A stretch of 64,000 nt of DNA. Origin: Takakia lepidozioides. Taxonomy: Eukaryota; Plantae; Bryophyta. The position numbers and the translations under genes are program-made. The notes under the pieces were generated by a model that was not told where the DNA came from, made no database searches, and saw only the letters and a list, made by a program, of their open reading frames with translations. The stretch spans positions 30,938,001-31,002,000 of the forward strand of contig CM060732.1 in assembly GCA_030704615.1 (NCBI GenBank), written 5' to 3'. Positions 46,825 through 60,619 of this stretch are shown piece by piece; the first letter of the stretch is position 1; each line of letters starts with the position of its first letter.

Positions 46825-49800
46825 CCAATCTCCATGTAATGTGGCTGAGGATGTGGGGAATACAAATGCCTGTTAGTCAGAAGTGTATTGTATGCAAAAC
46901 TTTGTACATGTGCTGACTATATTGTACTGTCTTTGTAAAATAAGAATCAGTTGTGCCACTAGCTTTGTGGCAAGACCTGCCACTGCCACCTTCTGCTCTC
47001 AGTATCTCCTCCCTTTTGGAGGTTTCCATGTGTTGCAACACTGATGTCTGATGAGCCTGCCAGGTTTCATTTGTGCTTCTTGTTGTCTTGATTTTTAGCA
47101 GAAGAAAGACCATTGCATGTCCCTCCAATGTTTTACTTGTGGTTGCTCTATAAGTTACATGAGAAGTATATAAGTATAACCGGATTAGGTATCCATCCTG
47201 GGGTTGGGATTATCTCTACTCTTTAGGAAGCCTTAAAATGGCTTAACATTTTGACTTCACATCTGAGCAGCCCATTCAAATTGTGAATTCTGCGCACGCA
47301 AAATGCCACACACAGTGAGGCCAATGATTATGAATGCATTCCTGTTTGAGAGACTGTCTGCGGATACAAGAACCCATCCTGTTTCCATCTTGTTTCCATA
47401 GGGTGCTAGGTTTTGACATTTGGTCATGAGCTTCTAATTTGAGGGCTCACTTTACCTTCAAATCAATTCAGGAGTTCAGACCCTGTGTCCATTTCTCTGA
47501 TTCACAGAGCAGCTGACTTTGGCTGAGCAGTACTCCATGGGCAGCTTTACCTATGGAATGCAACAGCTGGAATCTTACATGCACAAGTCCAGTACCTGAT
47601 TTGTTGCCATTCACTATGCAATTTTCCATCTCAAGGGTCACAGCAGCTCCACTTGATTCACAAGTGCATAGACTCCACTCAGTGGAACACCAACACAAAT
47701 CAACCATATTGATGAAATGGAGAGAGTCAACAGCACAATTTAGGTGCAACTGAAACCTGAAAACATTCCCAAAAATGAATCTGAAAAGGCCAGGACACTC
47801 CAGTATGATCGCCCCATGAAGCTCTATCCCTTTCCCATGCAAAATTATCCGAGGCGACACACTCGTATATTTGCTAGCCATGCTCCTATAATTGCTCCGA
47901 GGAGCTGCATACCCCAAATTCCCAGGAAATTGTGTTAACCAGACATCCACATTTGCAGCCAGCCACTCAGAACTTCCCTTAAATGCTGAAGATCTTCCAG
48001 AGGGTTGCCTCCAGGGAGTTACCTTGGCTTTTCATGATCTCTATTCCCTATGGTTCATTGTTTCTAGGTTGACGCTTGACAGGTTTTTCAAACACATTAC
48101 AAAAGGGAAAGCACTTAGTCCATGTGCTCAGGCCAGTCACTAAGCAAGTCCTCATAATGAAAGGCCGCTTACAGGATTGTGAATGGTGCACATTAGAAAA
48201 GGCCCTGAATCTCTCATGGTATTTAGTCGCGGTAGAGGGAGAGAGAGAGAGACTGACCTTCATGAAATTGAGACCCTAGTTTGAATGTCCGACTGGGAAT
48301 CATGGAATTCAACAGCACCTCTTGATAGGCTCGCACCACCATGATATGCTATGTCAGGTACAACTAATACATACGAGTTATTTGTATTTTAGAGACATAC
48401 AAGTTAAATACATGGTATATACTTAGACCCTTGGTCAACTAGGGTTACTTAGGGTATATTAAACATGCGTCATGTTCTTCAACCAAACCACAGGCATGAG
48501 AGTCTTATCCCGAGCTTTTAGAATCTTAAGCCCGGGGTCAAGAATATTCCATATCCCGGGATAGTATACGAGTATGGCCTTTTTGGGCTTCCGTACAGCT
48601 TCTATGTATGCGATAGCAACAGAGTTGCGTGGATTGGTAGTGTACAGTTCGTGGAGCTTTGGTATGGGCTTGCCGCACTTTTGGGCCAGGTGCCGCACCT
48701 GCCCGGCACGTTCTGCAGCCCAAGGCCGTTCTGGATTCGTTGCTGCTGCCATAGTCAATATTCTGCCAGATACGCCTGCTCCCTTTTGGGCAGAAAAAGC
48801 AGTACCTTTTTGGTGTTTAATTATATCCCTCAAAAGCGAGGAGCAGACAAGCGACGGAAAGTGTCGTCAGGGGATGTCTCCACGCACTCAAGCAGCAGAT
48901 TTATCCTTCCAGTGAAAACGTTTTACCATTCACTTCCATCGGCCGCGCCTTGCCTATAAATTCACAAAATCAAAAAACAAAGACAATCCATCGAAAGAAA
49001 AAATAAAACATAAATACTATAAGCCCGGGAAGCCGCACCGAAAAATAGAATAAAAAAGAGCTTGCGATTATTTTTCCTTGTATTTTATTGGTTCTGGATT
49101 CTGTCCACCGAAAGATGTCGTGTGATGATGTGGCACCTTTCCAGAAAATAACTTTACGTCAGGGCAGGTGCCATTTCTGGGTCCTCCACGTGGCTTCGGT
49201 CACGTGGCCTCGGCACCCGTTTACCTCACCCCTGGGGAGGGCCGAGAAGTGGCACCTCCCCTGTCGCAGACTGCAGGTTATTTCCCGGTGGGTTAGCTGG
49301 GATGAAAGTGGGCCAGTCATCTAAAGGCGGGCAGAAGAGTCATCCAATGTGGCCGACGTGGCAGGGTGCAAGGTACTGGCTGGCGTGTGCTACTTTACGA
49401 TGAGGATATGGATGAAACACATTGAGATGAGGTTGACAGGGGATGGGATGTCATCCATTCTGAAAACAGGCAGGTCAGAATTGGGTCCTGGCACACTTTT
49501 GACAGAGTAGGAAATAAAACCGGTCAGTAGGGAATCTCCAAACATTGTTTTAGGGCAGGAAAATCATGTTGTTGGCACTGCCCCGAAACGCTGACCGTGC
49601 TGCGCGCGAAGGAGGTGTGTGGAGATGGGTCGGTGCTGATGGGCAGAATGTTAGGGCAAAATTCGGGCAGCATCTTCCTGCCCGCTTCGGGGCGGGTAGC
49701 TGTTAAGGGGGCCCCGCACTGCTGGTGGGGCTGACCCCATCCAGAGGGGTGGCCCATTGGATAAGCCCTGGGAAACAACGGGTCATGCAGAATTAGAGGT

Positions 49801-52689
49801 CTTGTAAGGGTCCGTCGATGGTTTTTTTAACTGGATGTCCTTGGCATGTTGTCAATCCGAAACTTTCCTAAATTATGTAAAGTTGGAACCCCATCAATTT
49901 TTCATTTTAGTATTTTTAGAATTTTTCCCAAACCCAAAAAGGTGGCAAAGTGTAGAAAATACAGAAGTTCTGGCAGCCCCTCCCGATCATTACAAAAGCG
50001 GTGTATCCGACCCAAAAACTCTCTTGTTTCAATTGGCTTAGATGGATTCCGCACAAGTTGCACTTAGGCCCCAAATAGCTAGGTGATAATGGAAATAGTG
50101 GCGCTACTTAGAAGTTAGGCTCAGTTTCAGTTAGGGCGCCTATCACTAACTGGTGTAGTGTATCTAGAAAAATGGAGACCAAATGCGATCATTTAACTAA
50201 TGAGTCAGCTTACATTTTCAAGGAACAAGAGAGGGGAGAGGAATTGGGCCCAAGGTGAAGAATGGCAAAGAACAATGAGTAGGAGAGGCAAGGAGGAGGT
50301 ATAAACAAGAGAGCTTCAAAGGAGTAGCAAGAAGTGCATAAGGGTTTAGGCTGGAGGAAGACATGGTTGAAATGATGTAGATGTGGCAAGAGCATCAAAC
50401 ATCTACTCACATATGTCTGGTAGGGAGGCTGGTTAGTGTTTGCAATTCATTCTTCATGCTAAAATGGACAACGCTAAAATCGCAAGACTGTAGAACAAGG
50501 AAAATGCAAAAAAAACTGAAATGCAAGATTTAAACTGTTAGGAAAACCACCCTTATACCGTAAATTTTCATTTAGGATATTAATGATTTACTATAAGTGG
50601 GGTCGCTGTCAACGTTAACCATTTCAAAATTTCAAACAATTTTCCTACCTTGCCGAGATGCAAAAACATTTAGGCTCACAAAATAGATATTATAAGATTT
50701 CATTCCAACAATGAAATTGTAGATGAATATAACGGTCGATGTAGTTATGATCATAATTCAATGGTTAAGTTTTGTAGATCCGAGCAAATTTTTAGATATG
50801 AATAAAAAGGTGGCCCAAAGGTGTAATCAAGGGTGACAAAATAATTTGTAGACCTTTAAGAATCAGGGTTAAATATGACTTTTGGATGAAATAATTCTAT
50901 AGTTTCTCTTGACTACACCACTCTTGAGTTTTTGGTAGTCACATCACAATGACTCTTTGTCCGACCTACAACACCCCTCTTAGAGTCCTAGTTCTGGTAG
51001 TGATAAGTATCTTTTACTACTCAAGCTACGATCTTTTGAGATAAGGTCATAGTTGTAACTAGTGTGTTTCAAGTCAATCTAAGCAGTTTATATGAAACAT
51101 GTTTGGTCATTTTTTATCGCATTAATACTCACTTTGTGATGTTTTGATTGTGTCACCATAACCTTTGCGAATCAATTGGATGTTGTAAAAACCTTGTAAA
51201 AACTATGGATTGTGTAGGCTGACTTGTCTTGCATAAACAAAGTAAATCGAGTAAATAAAAGAAAACCAGAAAACCATTATTAGTGTGATATTCTGTGTTA
51301 TTGTCGGTGTTTTTTTTTTTTTCCACATCTAATACAAGTAACTAGTTGCATAGTCATTTTCTCACACTAAAAATTTATTGCACAGTAAAATCAACCTATC
51401 TATCTACCACAATGCATTCAAGAAAGTGAATTGTGTACAATGAAGTGCATACGGCTTGATACACATGCACTCACCAAATTCAGCTAATTAAATTCACCGT
51501 TCAATTTCCATACATAGTGTCTTTAGTTATTATTGTTAGAAAAATCAAGTTTTTTTAATACCTCTGTACTCAGCATTGTACACTGATATTGACCCCCTGT
51601 ATGTATTTTAATTACCAATTTACCCATCCCTTGTGTATAAAAACTTGTACAAATTTTTATTTTTAAAAAAGCCCCTCCCCATACAAAAGGACAGAAAAAT
51701 TTAGGTCTTAGGGTCAATCCCATCAAAATATATATAACTTGTACTCTTATATGTATTTATAGATCTTTGTAAGGTTTATATAAATGCATTATCCCCTACG
51801 TATACTTCAATATTTTAACCAATCATACCCCTTCCCACATATATTTCATACAATTGTTTTTTTTTTCAAAACCCCTCTCTGGTAAAGTTTTGATCGCAGA
51901 TGGTGTTCTAGCCTAATGAAGAGTGAACCCCCCCACTAGCTTTTCTACTTGGTCCTCTCTAACTGGACTCGTAAGGCAAAGACGTTGATGGAACAATAAC
52001 ACATGGGCTTGTTGTACCATTTCTTATCTACTAGACCTTACTGCAAATTCCAATGCATAGTCTTTCAAATACTTAGCATGATTCATTGATAGTTCTCCAA
52101 ATGTGGATACCTACAGACAACCAATATTTCACCCCGTAGTAAAGGTAACATAAACCACTTCATTATAATTGGTTGTGGGTTCAAATCAAATGTTGGGTGT
52201 CATAAAGGCGTCCACCGTCCACCTAAAAGCAGTAGTTCTTCGGGGCCAAGTGATACCTTGGAGGGCCTGAAGCGGAGGGAAGCAGATGGAAGCGGAGAGT
52301 TGTGTAGGAAGCGAAGAGAGTTGTGGACTTAAACCCTCATGCCTCAACACTTCTCAACACCGTGCACGCACATTTTCGCATTAGATCCTTCTTAGTTGTT
52401 GTTTTTACTTAATAATAGTATTGAAAGTACAAAACTTGGTTACTTTGTAATATTACCCGAAAGTGCATGTTCAAATCATGTAAGAAGCTCATGAGATATT
52501 TTTTCCTTTCTCCAATTTAAAAGGATAATGTACATTTGACATCGCCGGCACTATCTCCTCAAGTGAACCCTCGCTTGACCACTTATACACATTGCACAAT
52601 CGTCCGATTGTTGATTTACTTCTTTGAAAAGAATTGCTAAAATCGACTAGACATGACGAAAGTTTTTGATAGACCACCATTTCAATGAA

Positions 52690-53075
52690 TGGTGGTTGCA
52701 GTAGTATTGGGTAGAGTGTTTTTGCTCAAAAAATACTTGGAGCTGGAGGAAAATCTCACACCTCTTGATTGGCTCTTTATGCAAATCTAATTTCAAATTT
52801 TTTATGTAGGTGACGTTTTTTGTTTCCTTACCATGGATCTGTTTGAACTGGTTATTGATGCACCTCTAAATGTTGGACATATCCTAGGATCGTTGGTGAA
52901 AGCGTATTATAGTCGTATGATTGAGAATTTTCAGGGAAAAGATTCGTGTAGTAGCAAGCTTTTGTTTGTAGTTGATGAAGCCCAAGCCCTTATCAACAAA
53001 CTCTGGAGAACAAGTTTGCATCCAATGCTGATGCCAGAAAACCAGGTTTTCTCTCTCCAATAATTGACACCCTAA
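52690..53075 (+). pseudogene. Crinkler-type NTPase-like relic
   Basis: AVVLGRVFLLKKYLELEENLTPLDWLFMQI*, DVFCFLTMDL, KLLFVVDEAQAL (Walker B-like) and FLSPII; contains stops and frameshifts. Family assignment is from recalled motif resemblance. Confidence 0.5.
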
Positions 53076-53319
53076 GATAGATCTCAGGTGTTTCGGCAGC
53101 TGCCTACATAATATCTGGAACAAGCATCTTCATGATTGTGAAGACACAAAGACATAAAATATTATGGATAATCAACAGTTCTATTCTGTCTTTGACAATT
53201 TCGGGGGGTTTGAGAACACGGAGGAGACATGTGGAGAAGTTTTTCAATTTTAAAGATACACAGTTCGATTCTGTGTGTGAGGTGTATAGGGGCAGGTATA
53301 GATCTTTGACAAGTGCTGT

Positions 53320-53583
53320 TGAAAAATGCACGAGGAAAAATGAGCGTCCATCCAATATAAGGACCATGCATCAACAAGGTCCGTAAGAACAGCGAAAAGG
53401 TCTGAACTCCTTTGCAAAAATATTAGCCATCACAAGACGAATCAGAATATGAACTTGCCCACGATCAACATGATCATTCTTCAACTCGAAGATGCACCTC
53501 AACCCACGGACTGGGGTTAGAGATGCTGCTTTCCGATGGATAAAAGTCACATCTGTGGTGCTTTTAACATTCCAACCACCCAA
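53320..53583 (-). pseudogene. Crinkler-type restriction-endonuclease-fold relic
   Basis: STTDVTFI..RGLRCIFELKND..LVMANIFAKEFRPF/VLTDLVDAWSLYWMD, matching the TD..ELK..LTDLxDxWxxxW pattern of CRN C-terminal domains. Confidence 0.55.
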
Positions 53584-53729
53584 AGAACCGGATAGAAGGA
53601 CTGGATACTTACCTTATTTGAACACGCATGTGATCTGGTTTCTAAGTCCGGTCTATAAATGGGTCTTATGTGTTAGAGAGTTTGTTCACTTCAGTGTAAC
53701 TGATGCTCCCTGAATAACAAGTTGGATAT

Positions 53730-55120
53730 TGTTAGATATTTTTACTATTCATGTCATGACAGACAGGAAAAGACAGAGGAGTGCAAATAGGAATAGCACT
53801 AGGACTTCAAATAGAAATATCTAAAGTTGAGGTTTGTGTATTTAAGTAGGCACTTCACGCCATTGAATAATCTCTTTCAATCTCTCTCTGGAATAAAGTG
53901 TGTCTCTCCATAAACCTGTCTTTGCCTCTGTTTCTATATAGTTAGCATAGTTGTATGCTAGAGTTCTCATCGTCTTTCTTCTTGTGAAAATCCTGAAGTT
54001 AAGTCATCATGAATTCTGGTGCAACCACCAGCTCTAAGAAGAATTCAGGTCAACAGGTTATGGGCCCACAGGGTTCAGTATGAGTTAGTGTCAAAGCTCC
54101 TACAGACGTCACTCCCAAAATTTGGTGGCGAGAACTTTCATCTATGGAAGTTCAAGATGTCCATGTTGCTGAAAGAGAGAAAGCTTTGGAACATAGTAAA
54201 GGGCACTGAGCGCAGACCTTCAGAAAGAGATGTTGTAAACAGGTTGCATTATGATGAGAGGGATCAGAGGGCACAGGTCTTAGTTGTTCTAAGTTTACAA
54301 GACTCTGAATTGATGCATGTGCGTACAGCTACAACTGCTAAAGAGACATGGGATAAGTTGGAGGCTCAATATGAGCAGAAGCCATTAGCAAACAAACTAT
54401 ACCTTCTAAGACAGTTGATGAACATACAGATGCAGTCAGGAGACACCATGACAAGTCACATCAATAAGCTTAGAGAATTGTCACTACAGCTAGATGCAGT
54501 GGGAGAGTCAGTGAGTGATGGCATGTTAGTAATGATAGTTTGCCAAAGAACTATCACAACCTCATTACTGCTCTAGAGACTAGGATAGATGCTCTGACGT
54601 TGGAACTTGTAAGTGGGAGGTTGTTGCATGAGGAGTTGGAGATGAAGATGAAGGCAGAAATGACATCTTCAAGTGATGAAAAAGCTTTTTATGTACAGAA
54701 GCTGAAGGGGAAACCCAAAGAGTCATATGGACAGAAAAAACAACAAGCGCAGAAAAAATTCAAGCGAAGAGGCAACTGTAACAATTACCATGAGCCTGGC
54801 CGCTGGGCATGAGAATGCACGCATCCAAAGAGGTCCGCAGAGAAGGGGCAAACACATACAGTTGAAAATGCTTTTGTTTTAGGTCCAGAAGTTTCAAAAT
54901 CAGGGAGCTGGTATGTTGACTCTGGGGTGTCACAACATATGTCTTTTCAGAAAGAATTATTCTCAGATTTGAAGGAGATTCCTAGGACTAGGATTTACTT
55001 GGGAGATTATTCGATACAAGAGGCTGTGGGAAAAAAATCTATGGTTATTGACATGTTAGTAAATAACAAGGTAGAAAAGGGTCGTCTGCATGATGTGCTA
55101 TTTGTGCCAGGTTTGGCCAA
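53730..55120 (+). mobile_element. Degenerate Ty1/Copia retrotransposon, 5' part (LTR, PBS, gag, protease), interrupted by a CACTA element
   Basis: LTR 53730-54055 (TGTTAG...TCAACA); PBS GGTTATGGGCCCA from 54056; gag KFGGENFHLWKFKM..AKETWDKL; decayed zinc knuckle; protease WYVDSGVSQHM; LHDVLFVPGLA at the break point. Confidence 0.9.
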
Positions 55121-58100
55121 CACTACAACAAATGGGGGGGGGGGGGGGTGTTTGCGACGCCAGCCGCGCCCCCACGCCCTGCGCGGCGCCGAGCATGTGA
55201 AGCCAACCCCGCGGAGCGTGTTTGCGACGCCAGGCCGTCGCAGCCAACCCCGCGGGTCGCCACCTGGCGCCGGGGCCAGGTGGCGACGTCTGGCCGTCGC
55301 ACGGGTTGATGAAGGGCAAAAGGCAACCCTTCCGTGCGACGCCCAAGCGTCGCCCCCCAATGAAAGGCAGAAGGCAGCCTTTTCTGGCGACGGCCGGTCG
55401 TCGCACGCCGAAAAAAAAACCTTGTCTTGCCCCTTCTTTCATCGCAGCCCTTTCTTGCGACGTCAGGCCGTCGCATGGTGGCATGAACGGAAAAAGGCCC
55501 CTGCGACGGCCGAGCGTCGCAAACTGCTCGGCTGCCCTATTCTTGCAAAAAAAAAAAAAACAGGTCACAGTTTACGACGGCTGGCCGTCGCCGTTTGTGA
55601 CCCCCGGCCTCATAAATCCATTCAAAAAAACAGGTCGCAGTTGGCGACTGTTGGCCGTCGCCGTTTGCGACCCCCGGCCTCATAAATCCTAAAAAACGCG
55701 TCGCAGGTGGCGACGCGTGGGGGTCGCAGGCAGCGACGACATGGCTTTCTAGGTTTAGGTTTAGGGCCTTTGGGGGTTCTTAGTTTTTTTTTTTTTTTTT
55801 TTCATATGGTATTGGGGTAGGGTGTTTGTTTTTCTTTATGGTTTAGCTTGTTGTTGTGGACCTTCTTGTAGATTGTGACATTCATTTTGATAATTCTCTT
55901 GATACCACATCTGTATGTGTTGCTCCAGCATATTTATTGTCTCTGCCTTCTTTCTTGAAAGACTACCAGCCACAGCCATATTTGATCAATCATAGAAATA
56001 AAGTACGATATGCATATACATGTACAATCAATCGAAGGGATGGGTCCAGTTCGGTGCGAGAATTGTTATGTAGCTTTGATTTTGTGTTTAATCAACTTGA
56101 ACATCATCATCCGGAGCTTCTTCATCCTCATCAAGCTGCAAGTCTTCTTAGTCAGCGGAGTCATCGTCATAATTGGCCCGGCCCTCAAAAGGCACCTCCG
56201 AATCATCCTCCACCTCGTTGTCAATGGCCGTGTCTTCGTCTCCTTCTCCAACATCCGTATTTTCTAGAGCTTCATTATATAGGGTCCAGGATGCATTGTC
56301 CGGGGCGTCATCATCCTCTTCTACCCCCTCTACCCAACCTCCATCATCAGCATCATTATGACCAGTCTCTCCGTCCACCGCAATTGCCTTACCCCATGGA
56401 GATCCGAGACCATGATAGATACGTCTTCCTCTTGGCTGAGCATGTACAACCACCTTCCAATTCCCCCCTCTTGTTTTGTCATCGGAGAAGAAAACTTGCT
56501 CCATGTCTGAAGGCCGTGAAAAAGGCTCATCGGAGGGAAGATGAGTAGGGTTGAGCCTATCTGCATTGACACGCATGAAACCACAATCATCTTGCACTAG
56601 TGTTGCGGAGGGCCCCACAAGATGTGGCTGGAACCACCTTCCTTTGAAGAGAAGAGGCCGGTACCTTGTATACTGAAGTTGGAGTATACTCTCAAGCTCT
56701 CCAATGTACTCAAGTTTGCTCATAGCAGGTCGTGTATCTCCCTTGCCCCACACGGAGACTTGCCAATATGTGGCACACAAGCCAGAATCAAAGGTTGTTT
56801 TGCGCTTCATGAGCACGAATGCGGAAATGAACGACCGTGAACCCAAACCGCCGTGTATGAGGTCGCGAATTGAGAGGGGCCCCTTGCAATGTCTTGCACC
56901 AAATCTGAAACCACCTCTCCTTGAGCAACGGTGTCATAAACTGAAGTCCGAAGCCACTGTTGGAATGAACTTAAAGGCTGCAATTCCATGGGCAATTTTG
57001 TGAAGGAACATTTCGATGGCCCGCTCCTCGTCGTGGGCGTCTAGTAACTGGTCTTGGATGGTTCTGCCTCCATGCAAGCGTCTCTTCCTCTCGTTGTTGA
57101 ACAAGATTATTGTATCTTGTCTCCCACTCATGTATGGATGGGGTGTTCTTCAGTATGAAGTCATGCGCTTGCTCAATCACCAAGGTCGGCAATTTTACCC
57201 TCTTTGATTTTTGGGCAAAACGATGTCCTTGGTTCGTGCATCCTCCTCTTCCTTCCACATCCGAGGGGCTTCCTCATCTACCCTTGTCATGTACTCCATG
57301 CAATAGAACATAGCTTCTTGCAACGTATACCCCTCCGCCATGCTCCCTCCGGGTGCGCCATTTGTCTTACAAATCCTTTCAAAATCTTCATATAACGCTC
57401 AAGGAAGTACATCCACCGAGAATGAACGGGGCCGGCAATCGAAGCCTCCTCCACTAAGTGCACTACCAAGTGCACTTGGATATCAAAGAAGGAGAGAGGA
57501 AGGTGCATCTCCAACATACACATTACCTCCGCCGCCTCCTTCTTCATGCGTGGAAAATCTGCTTCTTCCAACTCTTTGGAGCAAATCCACTGGAACAAGC
57601 CTCCCAATCTATAGATTGTCTCACGAATCTCGGGAGTCAATGTCCCACGTACTGCAATGGGCAAGATGTCTTGCAATAGATTGTGGTAGTCATGAGATTT
57701 CAAACCATGGACCCCGTCTTCTTCGCTGAACTTCGTACGGAGGGATGACCCATAACCAGTTGGTGTTCGGACAGCACTTATGGTGGCTATCACTTTCTTG
57801 TATTCCTCCTTTGTCCATTGCCAAGGTACGCGCATATACTTCCATCGTACAACACCCTTTGGGTCCACACCATTTTGTTCGGCCCATAGATGGCGCATGC
57901 GACCCTGCTCCTCGAGCTCCTTTTTAACACCGAGAGAATCTCTTTTGCAGCCACTCCCTTCTTTGCCGGTGTGCCATGAAAAACCCGAAAAAAATGACGA
58001 GCAGACATTATTCTCAATATGCATGGGATCTAGAAGATGACGAATCTTCAGGTCCTACATATATCCCCACCCACAAAGACTTACACAAATTTTTTTACGT

Positions 58101-59560
58101 GAAAGTGACAATGCAATGCATACCAAATGTGCAATATCACATGCATGCATAGGGATATTGACAATGTTTTTGTGGAATATGTACCGCCCAATATGTCAAC
58201 TCGTAGAAGATTGAAAGTCGTTTCATGTCGGGCACGTCCACTTCACCGTCCGTGCCCGCATGGGCCTCCTTCCATCGGTCCTCCCAAAACTGCCCGGACG
58301 GTGTCATAGGGGGGGGACGTACTTCCTCTTTGCCATCAAACAAGTGTTTCTCTCTTCTTCTCCATCGATGGCTCATAAGAAGAAATTTGCGGTAGTTGGG
58401 ATACATCATCTTGTGAAGATGACGGGAGCTATGTGCATCAAGATCATCGCCACAATGCAAGCATGCATGGTACCCTTGGGTGCTTAGCCCCGAGCAAACA
58501 GTTAGTCTTGTACTATACATCCCGCCACATTAGCAAAAACAAAAAGTTGTCATGTGCATGGCCCATAATGCCATCTACCCCACTACGGTGCACAAGACTG
58601 TCGCCGCTACTTCAATCAATCCCAATCCTCATCGATATTATCCGGCGTTGACAAGTGAATGTACGCGGGTTGTTCATGGGGAACATAATATACCTAGATA
58701 ATCATGCATTGTCCAAAGCAAGATGCCTCTCATCTGAAAAGATTGTCCGGCCATAGGGTCAAGTGAAGCATCCAATGCCGGGACCCCCCTCCATAGCTCC
58801 TTAAGTTCATCAACAAAGAGGTCGCAAGTACGTGTCCATGTTTGCCACTTGTTTTTTCCCTATGAGACATTCACATCATTGTTTCAATGCTCCACCAATA
58901 TGCAAATTATACTACAAAATGAATTACACGTCTTACTCCATGATTATGTCACTCATCAATCTTGCATCCGAATTGCGTCAGAGATCAGAAGTTTAATGTA
59001 AAGTCTAAGGCAATAATAAACATGAAATGAGTACACTCACCTGGCACAATGGCAGCCAATATGATATGGCCTTTTTTAATTGAAATATACGGAGGGATGT
59101 TGTAATTCACCATGGTCACCGGCCAAGTGGAATGACTACATGACTGGACAGAGAATGGGTTGACCCCACACCCTTATGTCTTTCCCTTTATGCAGCCTCT
59201 CCCTCATTTGGGTGTGAATGGTCAAAACCGAACGTCGCTCCTTCCACTCCTCACTCACTCCTTCCAGAACCATAATCAGATCTTGCATGAGTACTACTCT
59301 CGAAACCCTAAACTTTGTGGAATACACTTTACATACATTGAGAAGATTAAAGAAAGTAATCTCCATGCGAGGGGGAATGATGCTTATACCTTGCGTGGTA
59401 CTTTTTTCCCTTGGACATCATCCCGATGTCGGTCTTTCTTGCACTTTGGGCACTTGGTGAGATGCGAATCTTCTCTGTAGTATAGGGTTTTATCACATGG
59501 ACATGCATAAAAAATCTTATAGCCCATCCCCACGGAGTGCACCATCCATCAATCATCAAG
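55121..59560 (-). mobile_element. CACTA/EnSpm transposon: terminus, subterminal repeats and a degenerate spliced TnpD-type transposase; the other end was not found in the window
   Basis: TIR CACTACAACAAA at 55121, preceded by CAA; many GCGACG/CGTCGC subterminal repeats at 55150-55740; minus-strand motifs ACPCDKTLYY..CPKC, STWPVTMVNYNIPP, GLKSHDYHNLLQ, FFDIQVHLVVHL..GPVHSRWMYFLERYM and DEPF..QVFF, with frameshifts and stops. Confidence 0.92.
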
Positions 59561-60619
59561 CTTAGAAAATCCAGAATTACATCCATGCACAATATTGTGT
59601 TCATGTCAGTATTATTCATAACCCAAAGAGTATGCCACTGATGTTGATTGACCACCAGTCGGGATCATGATACACATTCAGATATTTTGGCCTTGATGTG
59701 TTGCAGGTCAAATGGTCATACAGATTTACTGTCCGCAAGCTATAATCCAAGCATACTTATTCAAACCCCATGGGTGTCATGGAGGGTTTTTTTCAAAACA
59801 AAAAGAACGAGAAGAACACTTGGACATCACAGATTTAAATATCTTGCCCTGCCAATATTTGCTTAGACTGGTCTGCATCACAGCTTGCCCCCACAGGGGA
59901 GGTGGATATGTCTGGTAAGTTTTACATAATACCCCTATACCGTTATTTCTTGCTACAGCTGAAAATCAAAGTTCGTGACCCAGCAAGGTAAAGATAAAAT
60001 ACTACATACACATCATGTGACAGTATATAATACTGTCAGTACATCCTATTCACATCATTCCACATTTGACCATGTCATTACACCATGTCCAGGGGGTATT
60101 TCCACTTGACCACCCTGGCTACCTCAAAAACCAGTTACCAGTTATATATTGCTGCCATATTTCATTGTCAGCCGAATATCCACAGGCAGAATCTTCACCA
60201 TACCCTGGCCTAAGCATCTAGCTAACAAAGCCATCCGGGTTGGAACATAACAGGGGCCAACATGGGTACCCGAATAGCTGCAACAAACAGTTCCTTGTAG
60301 CCTCTTAAATTGTTTCCAACTACCATAAGGTAAGCAAAGCAAACTAGGGCCTGGAAAACATATGTGTGTCTCTTACACAAGCCATCATAAACCCGGTCAA
60401 AAACAGCAGAGGTCTTCCATTGGCTGGGCCAAAAATAGCCCATCGTAGAAAGCATTACACTTGTTCTTCAAAAATAAAGGAAGGAAAGAGGTAGGATCAA
60501 GAAAAACCATAGAGTAGTTTAGTTTTTCAACATTTTAAGATGAGTCCCTGGCAAGCGATTCCTTCCCCTGCTCTGCAATCCCACTTGGCATCCAGCAGCA
60601 CCTAGACATCAGAATATTA

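Noticed and set aside
47468-48000. MFS-transporter-like snippet (LGAIIGAWLAN) on the minus strand
   Set aside because: Multiple stops and only a few matching residues; not assignable by eye.
48459-48833. 124-aa ORF
   Set aside because: No recognisable domain or convincing gene structure.
54927-55692. Arg-rich ORFs suggesting a Copia protease fusion
   Set aside because: Read-through from Copia pol into GC-rich CACTA subterminal repeats.
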